This document shows positions 30,659 through 39,480 of a DNA stretch of 64,000 bases, one piece after another. This DNA comes from an uncultured Magnetococcales bacterium (lineage in GTDB: Bacteria > Pseudomonadota > Alphaproteobacteria > UBA2136 > JAPKEQ01). The notes beneath the pieces were generated by a model. It did not search any database and was not told the DNA's origin. It saw only the letters and a program-made list of their open reading frames with translations. Numbering within the stretch: the stretch's first letter is position 1; each line of letters begins with the position of its first letter. A program made the position numbers and the translations under genes. The DNA is taken from positions 782-64,781 of the forward strand of contig CAXHDG010000013.1 in NCBI GenBank assembly GCA_964015495.1, given 5' to 3'.

Positions 30659-31135
30659 ATGAAGAAAAGTGTTTACGTATGTATGGGTATCGCGCTTTGC
30701 ATGGTTGCAAATGCGTATGCTGCAGAGAGAACAACGGTTAAAAAACGTGTGGGCGTAGAACGTCAACCTAACCCTTTTGAGGCATACCTTGGTAGGCCCA
30801 TTGGTTATGATACAGATGGATACGGCTTGTATAGCACGGACCGTATTGAGCAACTTGTACGCGGGGCAGCAGAAAAAGCGAGAGCAAGCTGCAATGGTAA
30901 AGGCGCTCAATCTGATGCATCTGTTGTGGCAGAAGTTTTTGGCGGTCGTGTTGGGGGCGGCAAAGTGCAGTGCGATGATCACTTAAACCGTGTAAAGCAG
31001 CTTCTTAGAAAAGTGTCTTCAAAAGATCAGATTAAAAATGCAGCTCTCTACGCTGAAATGAGTACGGTTGTATCTATTGCAGGTGCAATGAACTGTGACA
31101 TGACAGATATTTCAAAATATGTTCTTGGCAAATAA
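30659..31135 (+). CDS. small secreted hypothetical protein
   Basis: Signal peptide MKKSVYVCMGIALCMVANAYA-AE. Lies immediately upstream of the M48 peptidase. Confidence 0.45.
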   Translation: MKKSVYVCMGIALCMVANAYAAERTTVKKRVGVERQPNPFEAYLGRPIGYDTDGYGLYSTDRIEQLVRGAAEKARASCNGKGAQSDASVVAEVFGGRVGGGKVQCDDHLNRVKQLLRKVSSKDQIKNAALYAEMSTVVSIAGAMNCDMTDISKYVLGK

Positions 31136-31151
31136 ACAAGGAATTCATCAG

Positions 31152-32663
31152 ATGAAAATCAGACAGTATGGGGCACTTAGCCTTGCAATGCTTGTTGGGG
31201 CTTGCGGGCTTCAACAAAACCCAGCCACGGGAGATAGAATGCTCTCTCTTATGAGTGAACAACAAGAGTTTGCTATGGGGCGCGACGTTGCTAAAAAATC
31301 TGTAACAGAGTTTGGCGGACAGTACAAAGGCAAGCCAGAGCTTACATCTTACATAAGAGATCGGGTGGCAAGAATTGCTGCTGTAGGGGAGCGTTCTGAT
31401 AAGCCATTTGAGGCAGAGCTACTTGATGACCCGATTATGAACGCATTTGCTGTGCCTGGGTACGTTATGGTTTCTCGTGGTATTCTTCCGTTTTTCCAAA
31501 ATGAAGCGGAAATGGTGTTTGTGCTTGGCCATGAGGTGGGGCACGTTACAGGGAAGCACCATGTCCGTAGTCATTCAAGACAGCTCCTTACAACAGGTGC
31601 AATGCTTATTGCCTCATACGCACTCGCTGAGCAAACAGATAGTAGTGATCTTGCAAGAGGCGCCATGACAGCTGCTTCTTTTGCGATTCCATTTGGTATG
31701 GCGCACTTTAGCCGCGCGCAGGAACTTGAAGCTGATACGCTTGGTGTACGTTATATGTCTAAACTTGGTTACCCCGCATTTGAGTCTAGTGATGTGTTCC
31801 GTATGTTTGATGCTTACGGCAAGTTGAATGAATCTATTATGGCAAGTGCAGGAGAGACGGGTTCTAAGAGTATGTTCCACCGCGCCCTTGCAAGCCACCC
31901 TGATGATATGACGCGTATTAACCAAGCCGCAAGTAGTGCTGGGGTAAATCCGCGTGCGAGTAATCATCAAGATCGTTACTTAAAAATGATTGATGGCCTT
32001 TCTTTTGGGCCAAAGCTTGAAGAAGGCGTGGTGAGTAAGCACCGCTACTTGAGTCCAGAATATGGCGTGCGTTTTGATATTCCAAGGCAGTTTCTTGTAA
32101 ACGGCATGGACGGCATGCCCCTGGCTGTTGATCCCTATAAAAAGGCAGTGCTAGACGTTAAAGTTTTTGAAAAAATTACGACCAATACAGATATTAAAGC
32201 CGCCATGTTGGAAGTGCTTCCTCATGCTAAAGGCGTAAAGGTAGTTAAAAATACACCTTTGCAGGTGGCTATTGCTGAAGGCGTAGCAAGTGGTAACAAG
32301 GTTCATTATGTGGCGGCACTTGGTAAGCATAATAAAACAGGTAAAGCGGCTCTTGTGGTTGCAATGGTGCGAAACGGCCAGGCCTCTGCTGATAAAAGTA
32401 TTATGGCTGCCGCAAATATGATGGCAAATTCTATGAGGAAGCTAACACCCGGTCAAAGCAAGCTTATAAAAAGCCAGCATATAGGCATTCGTACTGTGCG
32501 CAGTGGTGAGAGCGTAAAAAGCCTTTCAAAAGAACTACCGTTTGATGTATATCAGGAGGAATGGTTCAGGTTATTAAATGGTCTACATAAGGGCGAAGGT
32601 GTGCGCGCCGGACAAAAGGTGAAAATGGTTGTAGATCCAAATGCAAAATTGAGAGTGCTTTAA
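31152..32663 (+). CDS. M48-family zinc metallopeptidase lipoprotein with an extra C-terminal domain
   Basis: Lipobox LVGACG. HEVGHVTGKH (HExxH) with a downstream E in ...QELEADTLG.... Confidence 0.75.
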   Translation: MKIRQYGALSLAMLVGACGLQQNPATGDRMLSLMSEQQEFAMGRDVAKKSVTEFGGQYKGKPELTSYIRDRVARIAAVGERSDKPFEAELLDDPIMNAFAVPGYVMVSRGILPFFQNEAEMVFVLGHEVGHVTGKHHVRSHSRQLLTTGAMLIASYALAEQTDSSDLARGAMTAASFAIPFGMAHFSRAQELEADTLGVRYMSKLGYPAFESSDVFRMFDAYGKLNESIMASAGETGSKSMFHRALASHPDDMTRINQAASSAGVNPRASNHQDRYLKMIDGLSFGPKLEEGVVSKHRYLSPEYGVRFDIPRQFLVNGMDGMPLAVDPYKKAVLDVKVFEKITTNTDIKAAMLEVLPHAKGVKVVKNTPLQVAIAEGVASGNKVHYVAALGKHNKTGKAALVVAMVRNGQASADKSIMAAANMMANSMRKLTPGQSKLIKSQHIGIRTVRSGESVKSLSKELPFDVYQEEWFRLLNGLHKGEGVRAGQKVKMVVDPNAKLRVL

Positions 32664-32672
32664 GGGGGAAAA

Positions 32673-33113
32673 ATGAAATTTTTACACACAATGGTGCGCG
32701 TGCGTAACCTAGAAGAATCATTGAAATTTTATACAGAGGTTTTAGGTCTGGTAAAGACGCGTCATGATGATTACGAAAAGGGACGCTTTAGTTTAATTTT
32801 TCTTGCAGCACCTGATGATGAGCAGCGCGCAAAAGAAGAAAATGCACCTGTGATTGAGCTGACTTATAATTGGGATGAAGAAGAGTATAAGGGCGGCCGT
32901 AATTTTGGTCACCTTGCTTATGAAGTTGATAACATCTATGAGTACTGCGCGCATCTGCAAAAGCATGGCGTAATAATTAACCGTCCACCACGTGACGGGT
33001 GGATGGCTTTTATCAAATCACCGGACGGTATTTCTATTGAGCTTTTGCAAAAAGGTAAAAAACTTGAAGCCAAGGAACCTTGGGCAAGCATGGAGAATAT
33101 TGGTACATGGTAG
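32673..33113 (+). CDS. gloA: lactoylglutathione lyase (glyoxalase I)
   Basis: MKFLHTMVRVRNLEESLKFYTEVLG...GHLAYEV...GISIELLQ: a two-module VOC fold typical of GloA. Confidence 0.85.
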   Translation: MKFLHTMVRVRNLEESLKFYTEVLGLVKTRHDDYEKGRFSLIFLAAPDDEQRAKEENAPVIELTYNWDEEEYKGGRNFGHLAYEVDNIYEYCAHLQKHGVIINRPPRDGWMAFIKSPDGISIELLQKGKKLEAKEPWASMENIGTW

Positions 33114-34024
33114 ATCCTAACTCTAAAAATAGAAAACCGCGCGATGAAGTGCATGGGTGGATCTTTTTAGATAAGCCCCTTGGCATGACATCTACCCAAG
33201 CTGTTGGCTATATTAAGCGTATTATGAATGCTAAAAAAGCAGGGCATGGCGGTACGCTTGACCCTCTTGCAACGGGGGTTCTTCCTATTGCACTGGGCGA
33301 AGCGACAAAGACCATGCCTTACATGATTGTAGAGGATAAATCCTACGAGTTTGACGTAGCATGGGGGAGCGAGACCTCTACAGACGACCTCGAGGGCGAA
33401 GCGACAAAAACGTCTGATAAAAGACCAAGCCAGCAAGACATTATGGATATTTTGCCGCAATTTGTTGGCGATATTCAGCAAGTGCCACCACAGTTTAGCG
33501 CAATTAAAATTGATGGCAAAGTGGCTTACAAGGAAGCCCGCAAAGGCGGCGGCCTTGAACTTAAAGCCCGTGACGTACATGTGTATGCCCTTGATGTATT
33601 GGAACATAGCCCAGAAAAAACCCGTTTTTCTGTATCTGTAAGTAAAGGCACATATGTGCGCTCTCTTGCAAGAGATATGGGACGCGCCCTTGAATGCTAC
33701 GGCCATGTGACCTATTTAAGAAGGACGCTTGTGGGCGATGTGGGCCTTGATAAGGCCTTAACCCAAGAAATGCTTGACAAAGAAGCTGATGGAGGCCATT
33801 ATCCGCGCCATCTGCTTTTGGCTGTAGACGCAACACTGGACGGTATCCCGGTGTATCGCGCCTCTCCAGAGGAGGCATTACGCCTCAAGGCAGGCGGAAC
33901 ATTTATGCGTATTCACCTCAAACCAGGTATTATGCGTGTAAAGGCTCTAAACGGACCTGTGTCCTCGCTTGTAGAAGTGAAGGAAGACGGGCTTGTGAAA
34001 GTCATCCGCAACTTTAATCTATAA
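33107..34024 (+). CDS. truB: tRNA pseudouridine(55) synthase TruB
   Basis: Catalytic ...GHGGTLDPLATGVLPIALGEATK.... truB-rpsO synteny. The start was taken at MVDPN. Confidence 0.9.
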   Translation: MVDPNSKNRKPRDEVHGWIFLDKPLGMTSTQAVGYIKRIMNAKKAGHGGTLDPLATGVLPIALGEATKTMPYMIVEDKSYEFDVAWGSETSTDDLEGEATKTSDKRPSQQDIMDILPQFVGDIQQVPPQFSAIKIDGKVAYKEARKGGGLELKARDVHVYALDVLEHSPEKTRFSVSVSKGTYVRSLARDMGRALECYGHVTYLRRTLVGDVGLDKALTQEMLDKEADGGHYPRHLLLAVDATLDGIPVYRASPEEALRLKAGGTFMRIHLKPGIMRVKALNGPVSSLVEVKEDGLVKVIRNFNL

Positions 34025-34048
34025 GATACTGAATGATAGGAAAATAGC

Positions 34049-34318
34049 ATGTCTATTACTACTGAAAGAACAGCTGAACTTGTAAAACAGTTTGGTGGAA
34101 GCGAAGCGAACAGCGGTAAAACTGAAGTTCAAATTGCAATTCTAACGGATCGTATCCGTAACCTTACAGAGCACTTCAAAACAAACAAGCAAGATAACCA
34201 CTCACGTCGTGGCCTTATTCGTCTTGTTAACCAGCGCCGTACTCTTCTTGCGTACCTACGTAAAAAAGACGAAACGCGCTATGTTGGTGTGATTAAAGCT
34301 CTAGGACTACGTAAATAA
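34049..34318 (+). CDS. rpsO: 30S ribosomal protein S15
   Basis: 89 aa with ...[20 protein letters not shown].... Confidence 0.95.
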   Translation: MSITTERTAELVKQFGGSEANSGKTEVQIAILTDRIRNLTEHFKTNKQDNHSRRGLIRLVNQRRTLLAYLRKKDETRYVGVIKALGLRK

Positions 34319-34467
34319 GGCTCTTTGAGCGATTGTTTTATTTTCTTTTTGTTTAAGTACGTCTCAGTACTCTGCGCAAATTTAAAAATAAAACACTCAT
34401 CTCAAATAACGCTTACTTTAAAACAGCTCTCATGTGGGGGCTGTTTTTTTTGTGTGAAATCAAAAAC

Positions 34468-34499
34468 AAAAAGCCCCCGCAATGCGGGGGATTTTTTTA
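34468..34499. terminator. strong intrinsic terminator (gcccccgc-aat-gcggggg plus T7), preceded by a weaker hairpin at 34423-34452
   Basis: Tandem hairpins with T-runs after rpsO. It probably also serves the convergent minus-strand gene. Confidence 0.75.
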
Positions 34500-34503
34500 T
34501 CGA

Positions 34504-35046
34504 TTAGTCAGGATTAAAGGGTTTGTACAGCAATGGGTGCATGCTGGTTTCCATGGGATTCATATAAGTAAAGCGTGGGCCTGCGTAGCCGAGTTCATTT
34601 TGAGATGTATAAACCCAATCAAAAAAGCCGTAACCCTTGCTATCAAGAAACGCTCCACGGCTTGTTGCATAGGGGCGTGCGCAAAGCAGGCCTTCATGGT
34701 CGCCGTAAAGGGGGCAATACAAAACGTGGGGTGTGGTATAGAGCATAGCAATGCCGTACACTTCATAGAGCTTTTCAGGCCCCTTAAAGTGCCGGTAAAT
34801 GCCGGCAGGGCTAGGCAGGCCATCCATAGCAAAGGTTATTGGGTTTTTGCGCGTGGCATCAATTTGCTGGTAGTTACCTTCAAGTAGATCTTTTTGCGAA
34901 ACCAGTGTCACGCAGTGCTTTTTGCTGAGAAGCTGAGCAACAAAAAATGTTTCTTGGGTTTCTGTATGCTGTGCTTGGCCTAGCAGAGTTTTTGCAGTGG
35001 TGTTTGGCTTTGGGCTTGTCCAAAGAGAAGGAAAAGAGGGAACCAT
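34504..35046 (-). CDS. conserved hypothetical protein (180 aa)
   Basis: Intact ORF with no recognised catalytic motif. It may belong to an alphaproteobacterial DUF family. Confidence 0.45.
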   Translation of the reverse strand: MVPSFPSLWTSPKPNTTAKTLLGQAQHTETQETFFVAQLLSKKHCVTLVSQKDLLEGNYQQIDATRKNPITFAMDGLPSPAGIYRHFKGPEKLYEVYGIAMLYTTPHVLYCPLYGDHEGLLCARPYATSRGAFLDSKGYGFFDWVYTSQNELGYAGPRFTYMNPMETSMHPLLYKPFNPD

Positions 35047-35124
35047 GTTGGTCTCCTTAAAAAGTGAACAGAAAAGATTGGATTATCATTTAAAATATGA
35101 GGATGGACTTCAAAAGTCAAAGTG

Positions 35125-35775
35125 TTATTGGTTTGTTGGAATGTTGTGCGCCTTAAGAATACGCTTTATGGCACTGACATGTACGCCAAAACTGTTTTTT
35201 GCTTTTCCAATATGGGCCTGATTACCAAAATGAACGCCAGAAAGCTCCCCTGCGCAGTTAAATATGCCGCCGCCGCTATCGCCGCTATGGGTTTGGTCAT
35301 GGCTTAAAACTGTGAGCATGGCATCAGGGTGCGTCATGCCTTTAATTTTGATGCGCTGTTTAAATGTGCCTGTTACTGCGCTTAGTTTATATTTTTTTCC
35401 AAATGGAAAACCAAGCGTATTGAGTGTTTCGCCTATTTTAGGTGCTTCGGAAAGCGGTAAAATGCTTGTGTTTGGTACGCGTTCTCTCAGTTTTAAAATT
35501 GCAAAATCCGCCTCTTTATCTGGCGCTTGATAGAGAACATCTGCCCGAATAGATTTTTGAAGTTTTGGTACCCATACCCATGGCATGTCTACATCTTCAA
35601 TCACGTGTCTGTTTGTAAGCACTGTTGTGCCGCCATAGAGCACACCACTGCCTTTACCGCGATTGAATTTTTCAATGAGCACCATGCGTTTTTTTAACTG
35701 CTCTTCCTTCACGCAGCTTTCAGCCCATGATAGCGAGCTAAAAAGAAGCGTAAATATTAATGCGAAATACATCAT
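35125..35775 (-). CDS. secreted trypsin-like (S1 family) serine protease, small single-domain
   Basis: Signal peptide MMYFALIFTLLFSSLSWA. The catalytic triad lies in context: TVLTNRHV (His), EADFAILKL (Asp), GDSGGG (Ser). Confidence 0.7.
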   Translation of the reverse strand: MMYFALIFTLLFSSLSWAESCVKEEQLKKRMVLIEKFNRGKGSGVLYGGTTVLTNRHVIEDVDMPWVWVPKLQKSIRADVLYQAPDKEADFAILKLRERVPNTSILPLSEAPKIGETLNTLGFPFGKKYKLSAVTGTFKQRIKIKGMTHPDAMLTVLSHDQTHSGDSGGGIFNCAGELSGVHFGNQAHIGKAKNSFGVHVSAIKRILKAHNIPTNQ

Positions 35776-35813
35776 GCCAGAAGCTTATAGGAAAATACGC
35801 AAGCGCACAAAAT

Positions 35814-36569
35814 TTAAACCCACACACCAAAGGCCTTCAGTGCAAGGCGGAGTGCAAGGATACTGAGGAGAACTTTCATAAGGCTATAAAAGCGCTCATT
35901 AGAGAGTTTTTCGAGCACAAGGTGGCGGCCGCACCATGTGCCTGCAAAGCCTATAAAGCTCATAAGGAGCATGAATGGAATGTACGGTGTAAGCACTACG
36001 CCAGCAACCATGAAGCCAATAATTTTGGTGATGTGGTTCATCATCATGCCAAAGGCAGCCGTTGCGGTGTAGTCGCGTCTATCCCAATGGAATGTTCTAA
36101 GGATAACATTGATAAAGAACCCGCTTGCACCAATAAACATACCACTAAAGCCACTAGCAAAGCCGGCACCTGGTAATAATTTGTGGCCTAATTTTTCTGA
36201 AACTGGCGGAAGGGGGAACCACAGAATAACCATGATAAAAATAACCAGAATCATGGAGAGCATCCTTTCTGGCATTTCCATAATAAAGGCTGCGGGGATA
36301 AGCGCCCCAATGAGTGAGCCTATCCCAAACAGAATGGCAGGTTTGAATTTAATATGTGAGCGGAGCAGGTAACAGCGCCCAGTATTAGAGGCCAGTTGTA
36401 CAAAAGCGTGCAGAGGTACGGCAAGCGTGATGGGCATAAAGTATGGGAAAATGAGCATAAGGAACAGCCCTCCACCAAAGCCAAAACTCGCTGACATAAA
36501 GGATCCCAAAAAGCTGCAGAGCCCCATGAGTCCAAGTTCAAATGCTGAAAACTGGAAAAATGCTTCCAT
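35814..36569 (-). CDS. TauE/SafE (DUF81, TSUP) family membrane transporter
   Basis: Two internally repeated four-TM halves with Gly-rich motifs (FGFGGGLFLMLIF ... GASGFFINVIL). Confidence 0.8.
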   Translation of the reverse strand: MEAFFQFSAFELGLMGLCSFLGSFMSASFGFGGGLFLMLIFPYFMPITLAVPLHAFVQLASNTGRCYLLRSHIKFKPAILFGIGSLIGALIPAAFIMEMPERMLSMILVIFIMVILWFPLPPVSEKLGHKLLPGAGFASGFSGMFIGASGFFINVILRTFHWDRRDYTATAAFGMMMNHITKIIGFMVAGVVLTPYIPFMLLMSFIGFAGTWCGRHLVLEKLSNERFYSLMKVLLSILALRLALKAFGVWV

Positions 36570-37342
36570 TACTGAGAAGGAACTACAGGTGTAAATGACA
36601 TGTTTGCTGCAAAAGGTGGTCCGTTCATATGTTTAAGGACTGCCCTGCTTGTGCCCCTATCATTTTTTTCATAGATCACAATTTCTGCAAAGGTGGCCGT
36701 TCTGTCGCTGCTTTTCATGATGGTGCGAGCAGGCAGTCTGCTTTCCTTGCCGATATTAAGAATGGCATGATCGCTATCAATAATGCCTATCACTTGGGCA
36801 TTCCACGGGATATTCCCAAGGGCTGGTGAAACATCTGTTAAAAGCATGGAGCTTATATCTTCCCATGTTTCTTTGGGGATATCTGGGCGAATGGTGACTG
36901 TTGGGGATATGACAGGAAGCGGTTCTGTGATGTAACGAATTTCTCCTGAATGTAGAACCTGGTCGTTATAAGTACTCAATGTATAAGGAACTCGAATTTC
37001 AAGCGCAACAGTTTGGGCGGCAAGCTTGCCAAAGGATGGTGTTCTTGACCTGTTGAGTGGGTCAATTTGAATTTGAGGCATGGCAGAAATAATAAGTTGG
37101 CCAGCATCCCTTGCATGAGTACCAAGAAACAGAGGGTCAGTCTTAAGCTCACTTTGAAGAGCTGTGCTAAATTCTGCATGAGGAGATTGCGGCTGAACAG
37201 AAAACAGGTAAGAGTGTTTGGCGTTTTCTTGTTCTACAGGCTTCTCTACAGGCGCTTTTTGCACTTGCGTGCAACCCAAAAGCAAGCAAGCCGCACAAAG
37301 GTGTACGGCTTGTTTTGGTATTTTTTTGAACTTACTCAACAA
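36569..37342 (-). CDS. hypothetical lipoprotein
   Basis: Lipobox LLLGC-TQ. No other motif. Confidence 0.45.
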   Translation of the reverse strand: MLSKFKKIPKQAVHLCAACLLLGCTQVQKAPVEKPVEQENAKHSYLFSVQPQSPHAEFSTALQSELKTDPLFLGTHARDAGQLIISAMPQIQIDPLNRSRTPSFGKLAAQTVALEIRVPYTLSTYNDQVLHSGEIRYITEPLPVISPTVTIRPDIPKETWEDISSMLLTDVSPALGNIPWNAQVIGIIDSDHAILNIGKESRLPARTIMKSSDRTATFAEIVIYEKNDRGTSRAVLKHMNGPPFAANMSFTPVVPSQ

Positions 37343-38126
37343 GCGTGATATCCGCTTTGTTTTTAAGTTCTTGCATGTAGCCTTCGATTGTTACTTGCGT
37401 AATACGTTGCTTAAGGATTGGCTTAAGCTCTTCAAAGGTAGGTGCTTCAGGTGCTTTAGTATCTTCTAGCTTAACAACATGCCAGCCAAACTGTGTTTGG
37501 ATAGGTGTTTTAGCATACTCGCCTTTACGCAGTTCTTTTACAGCGTTCGAGAACTCAGGAACCATATCTGCTGGACGGAACCAGCCAAGGTCGCCGCCAC
37601 GGTCTTTAGTTGGACCTGTTGAGTTTTCTTTTGCAAGTTTTGCAAAGTCAGCACCGCCAGCAAGCTTGCTGATAAGTGTTTTAGCTTTATCTTCTGTTTT
37701 TACAAGAATGTGACGCGCTTTAAGCTGAGGCTGTGCGTACTTTTCTTTTTCAAGTTCGTAAAGACCCATAAGTGCGTCATCGTTAGCTGCTTGGTCAACT
37801 TTTTTCTGTAGAACCATGCGTGTAAGAAGTTGTGTGCGTATTGCGTCCATTTGCTCTTTGAAAGATTTGTCAGACTCAATGCCTTCTTTTTTAGCAGCTT
37901 GAACAAGCAAAGACTGCTCAACAAGGTTGTTAAGAATACGCTCTTTAAGTTCTACGCCTTGCTGCTCAATGAGCTCAGCTGGAATGTCTTTAAGTTGTGC
38001 TTCAACTTGCTCTTGTGTAATTTTATCATGGTTGACACGCGCAACTACCGTGCCTGATTCGCCGCCACATGCACTCAACGAAAGTGCTAGAATTGTTGTC
38101 GCAAATAATGCTGATTTTAAAGTCAT
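37332..38126 (-). CDS. parvulin-type peptidyl-prolyl cis-trans isomerase lipoprotein (PpiC/PrsA/SurA-like)
   Basis: Lipobox LSACGG. Rotamase domain ...ARHILVK...GGDLGWF...FGWHVVKLE. Confidence 0.8.
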   Translation of the reverse strand: MTLKSALFATTILALSLSACGGESGTVVARVNHDKITQEQVEAQLKDIPAELIEQQGVELKERILNNLVEQSLLVQAAKKEGIESDKSFKEQMDAIRTQLLTRMVLQKKVDQAANDDALMGLYELEKEKYAQPQLKARHILVKTEDKAKTLISKLAGGADFAKLAKENSTGPTKDRGGDLGWFRPADMVPEFSNAVKELRKGEYAKTPIQTQFGWHVVKLEDTKAPEAPTFEELKPILKQRITQVTIEGYMQELKNKADITLVE

Positions 38127-38409
38127 AGGAAATGCACCTGTCTTTATTGTTATTTAATTGCTCACAAGGTTGCCTTTATTGTGACAAAAACGCAAGGGCG
38201 AAATCCGAATTATAAGCCAAAAAAGATCATAAAGTTTGGAGAGTCGGTTTAATTAGGCATATACTGTGCATAGTTTCTATGGTAAAAGGTGTACCTAATA
38301 CATAGAGATATACTTGTTTATTTAAAAGTTGGATTAGACCATTAATAAACTAAAAAGCATTTGGAATCATAGGCTTTACCTCAATATTGCACTTGGGGAA
38401 ACTTCGTCT

Positions 38410-39369
38410 ATGCGCGCTCTTACCCTCAGAAGTTTTTATTGCTTCTGCGCTCTTGTTTTTGGTGGGGCTCTTGTTGTTTTTGGCCTTGTTAGAGAAGATG
38501 GGCATGGTTTTAGCTTGCCAATGGTTTCTGCAAACCCTGAAACCCTTAAGGAAGAACTTGCTCGTATCAAGCGTGAAAACGCAATGGCAGATGAGCAAAT
38601 TAAAGTTTTTGCCGAAGAAATTGGCGTGATGCAGTCTAAGATTGATCGTTTCGATATGATTGGGGAGAAGCTCTTCAATGATGACGAAATTGGGGATATG
38701 CTTGAAAACCATGTTCATGAAATTGAAGGACAGGGGAGCTCTGAAAAACCTGCTCTTGATAAAAAAGTTTCTTTAGATGAGCTGACAGAGCAGTTTGCTC
38801 AGCTTAAACACCGCACAGAAGACCTTGGCGGTATCATGGAAGATGCGCTTGAACTTGTGAGCAAATCTTACCTAAACCGCGCAGCAAAACCCAATGTATG
38901 GCCTGTTATTAGTGACCGTACACGTTTGACGTCTGCTTACGGTTATCGTACGGATCCATTTAACAAAAAGAAAAAATGGCATTCTGGCGTTGATATTGGT
39001 GGCGGCTGGAACGTGCCTATCGTTTCAAGTGGAGACGGTATTGTGACTTTTTCTGGTTACCGCTTTGCGTATGGTCAAATGGTAGAAGTCATGCATCCGG
39101 GCGGTTTTGTGACCCGTTATGGCCACCTGAATAAAGCGCTCGCGAAGAACGGGCAAAAAGTTAAGGCTGGTGATACAATTGCCCTTATGGGGAGTACTGG
39201 CCGTTCAACTGGGCCGCACCTGCACTTTGAAGTGCTTGTGGGCGGAGTGAAAGTGAACCCTTATGCCTTTATTAAGGCAGATAAAACACGTATGCGCCGT
39301 TATGCGGCAAACTTAAAAGCGATGAAGGCTTCTTCTAAAGTTGCCTCTGCAGAGAACCTGCGCAATTGA
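38410..39369 (+). CDS. M23-family metallopeptidase with an N-terminal coiled coil (EnvC/NlpD-like)
   Basis: HSGVDIGG ... HPGGFVTRYGHL ... GSTGRSTGPHLHFEV are the M23 motifs. Confidence 0.85.
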   Translation: MRALTLRSFYCFCALVFGGALVVFGLVREDGHGFSLPMVSANPETLKEELARIKRENAMADEQIKVFAEEIGVMQSKIDRFDMIGEKLFNDDEIGDMLENHVHEIEGQGSSEKPALDKKVSLDELTEQFAQLKHRTEDLGGIMEDALELVSKSYLNRAAKPNVWPVISDRTRLTSAYGYRTDPFNKKKKWHSGVDIGGGWNVPIVSSGDGIVTFSGYRFAYGQMVEVMHPGGFVTRYGHLNKALAKNGQKVKAGDTIALMGSTGRSTGPHLHFEVLVGGVKVNPYAFIKADKTRMRRYAANLKAMKASSKVASAENLRN

Positions 39370-39480
39370 TTCTTTACATCTTTTTCTAAAAATGGCCTGA
39401 CGGCAGCCTCATGCCGTGTTAAAACATTCAACGCATAAAAAATAAGAAACTCTCTTTAAGGGGAGAAATCAGGGGAAAAA

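Noticed and set aside
38350-38718. 122-aa minus-strand ORF overlapping the M23 peptidase start
   Set aside because: It overlaps the N-terminal signal/coiled-coil region of a well-supported plus-strand gene.
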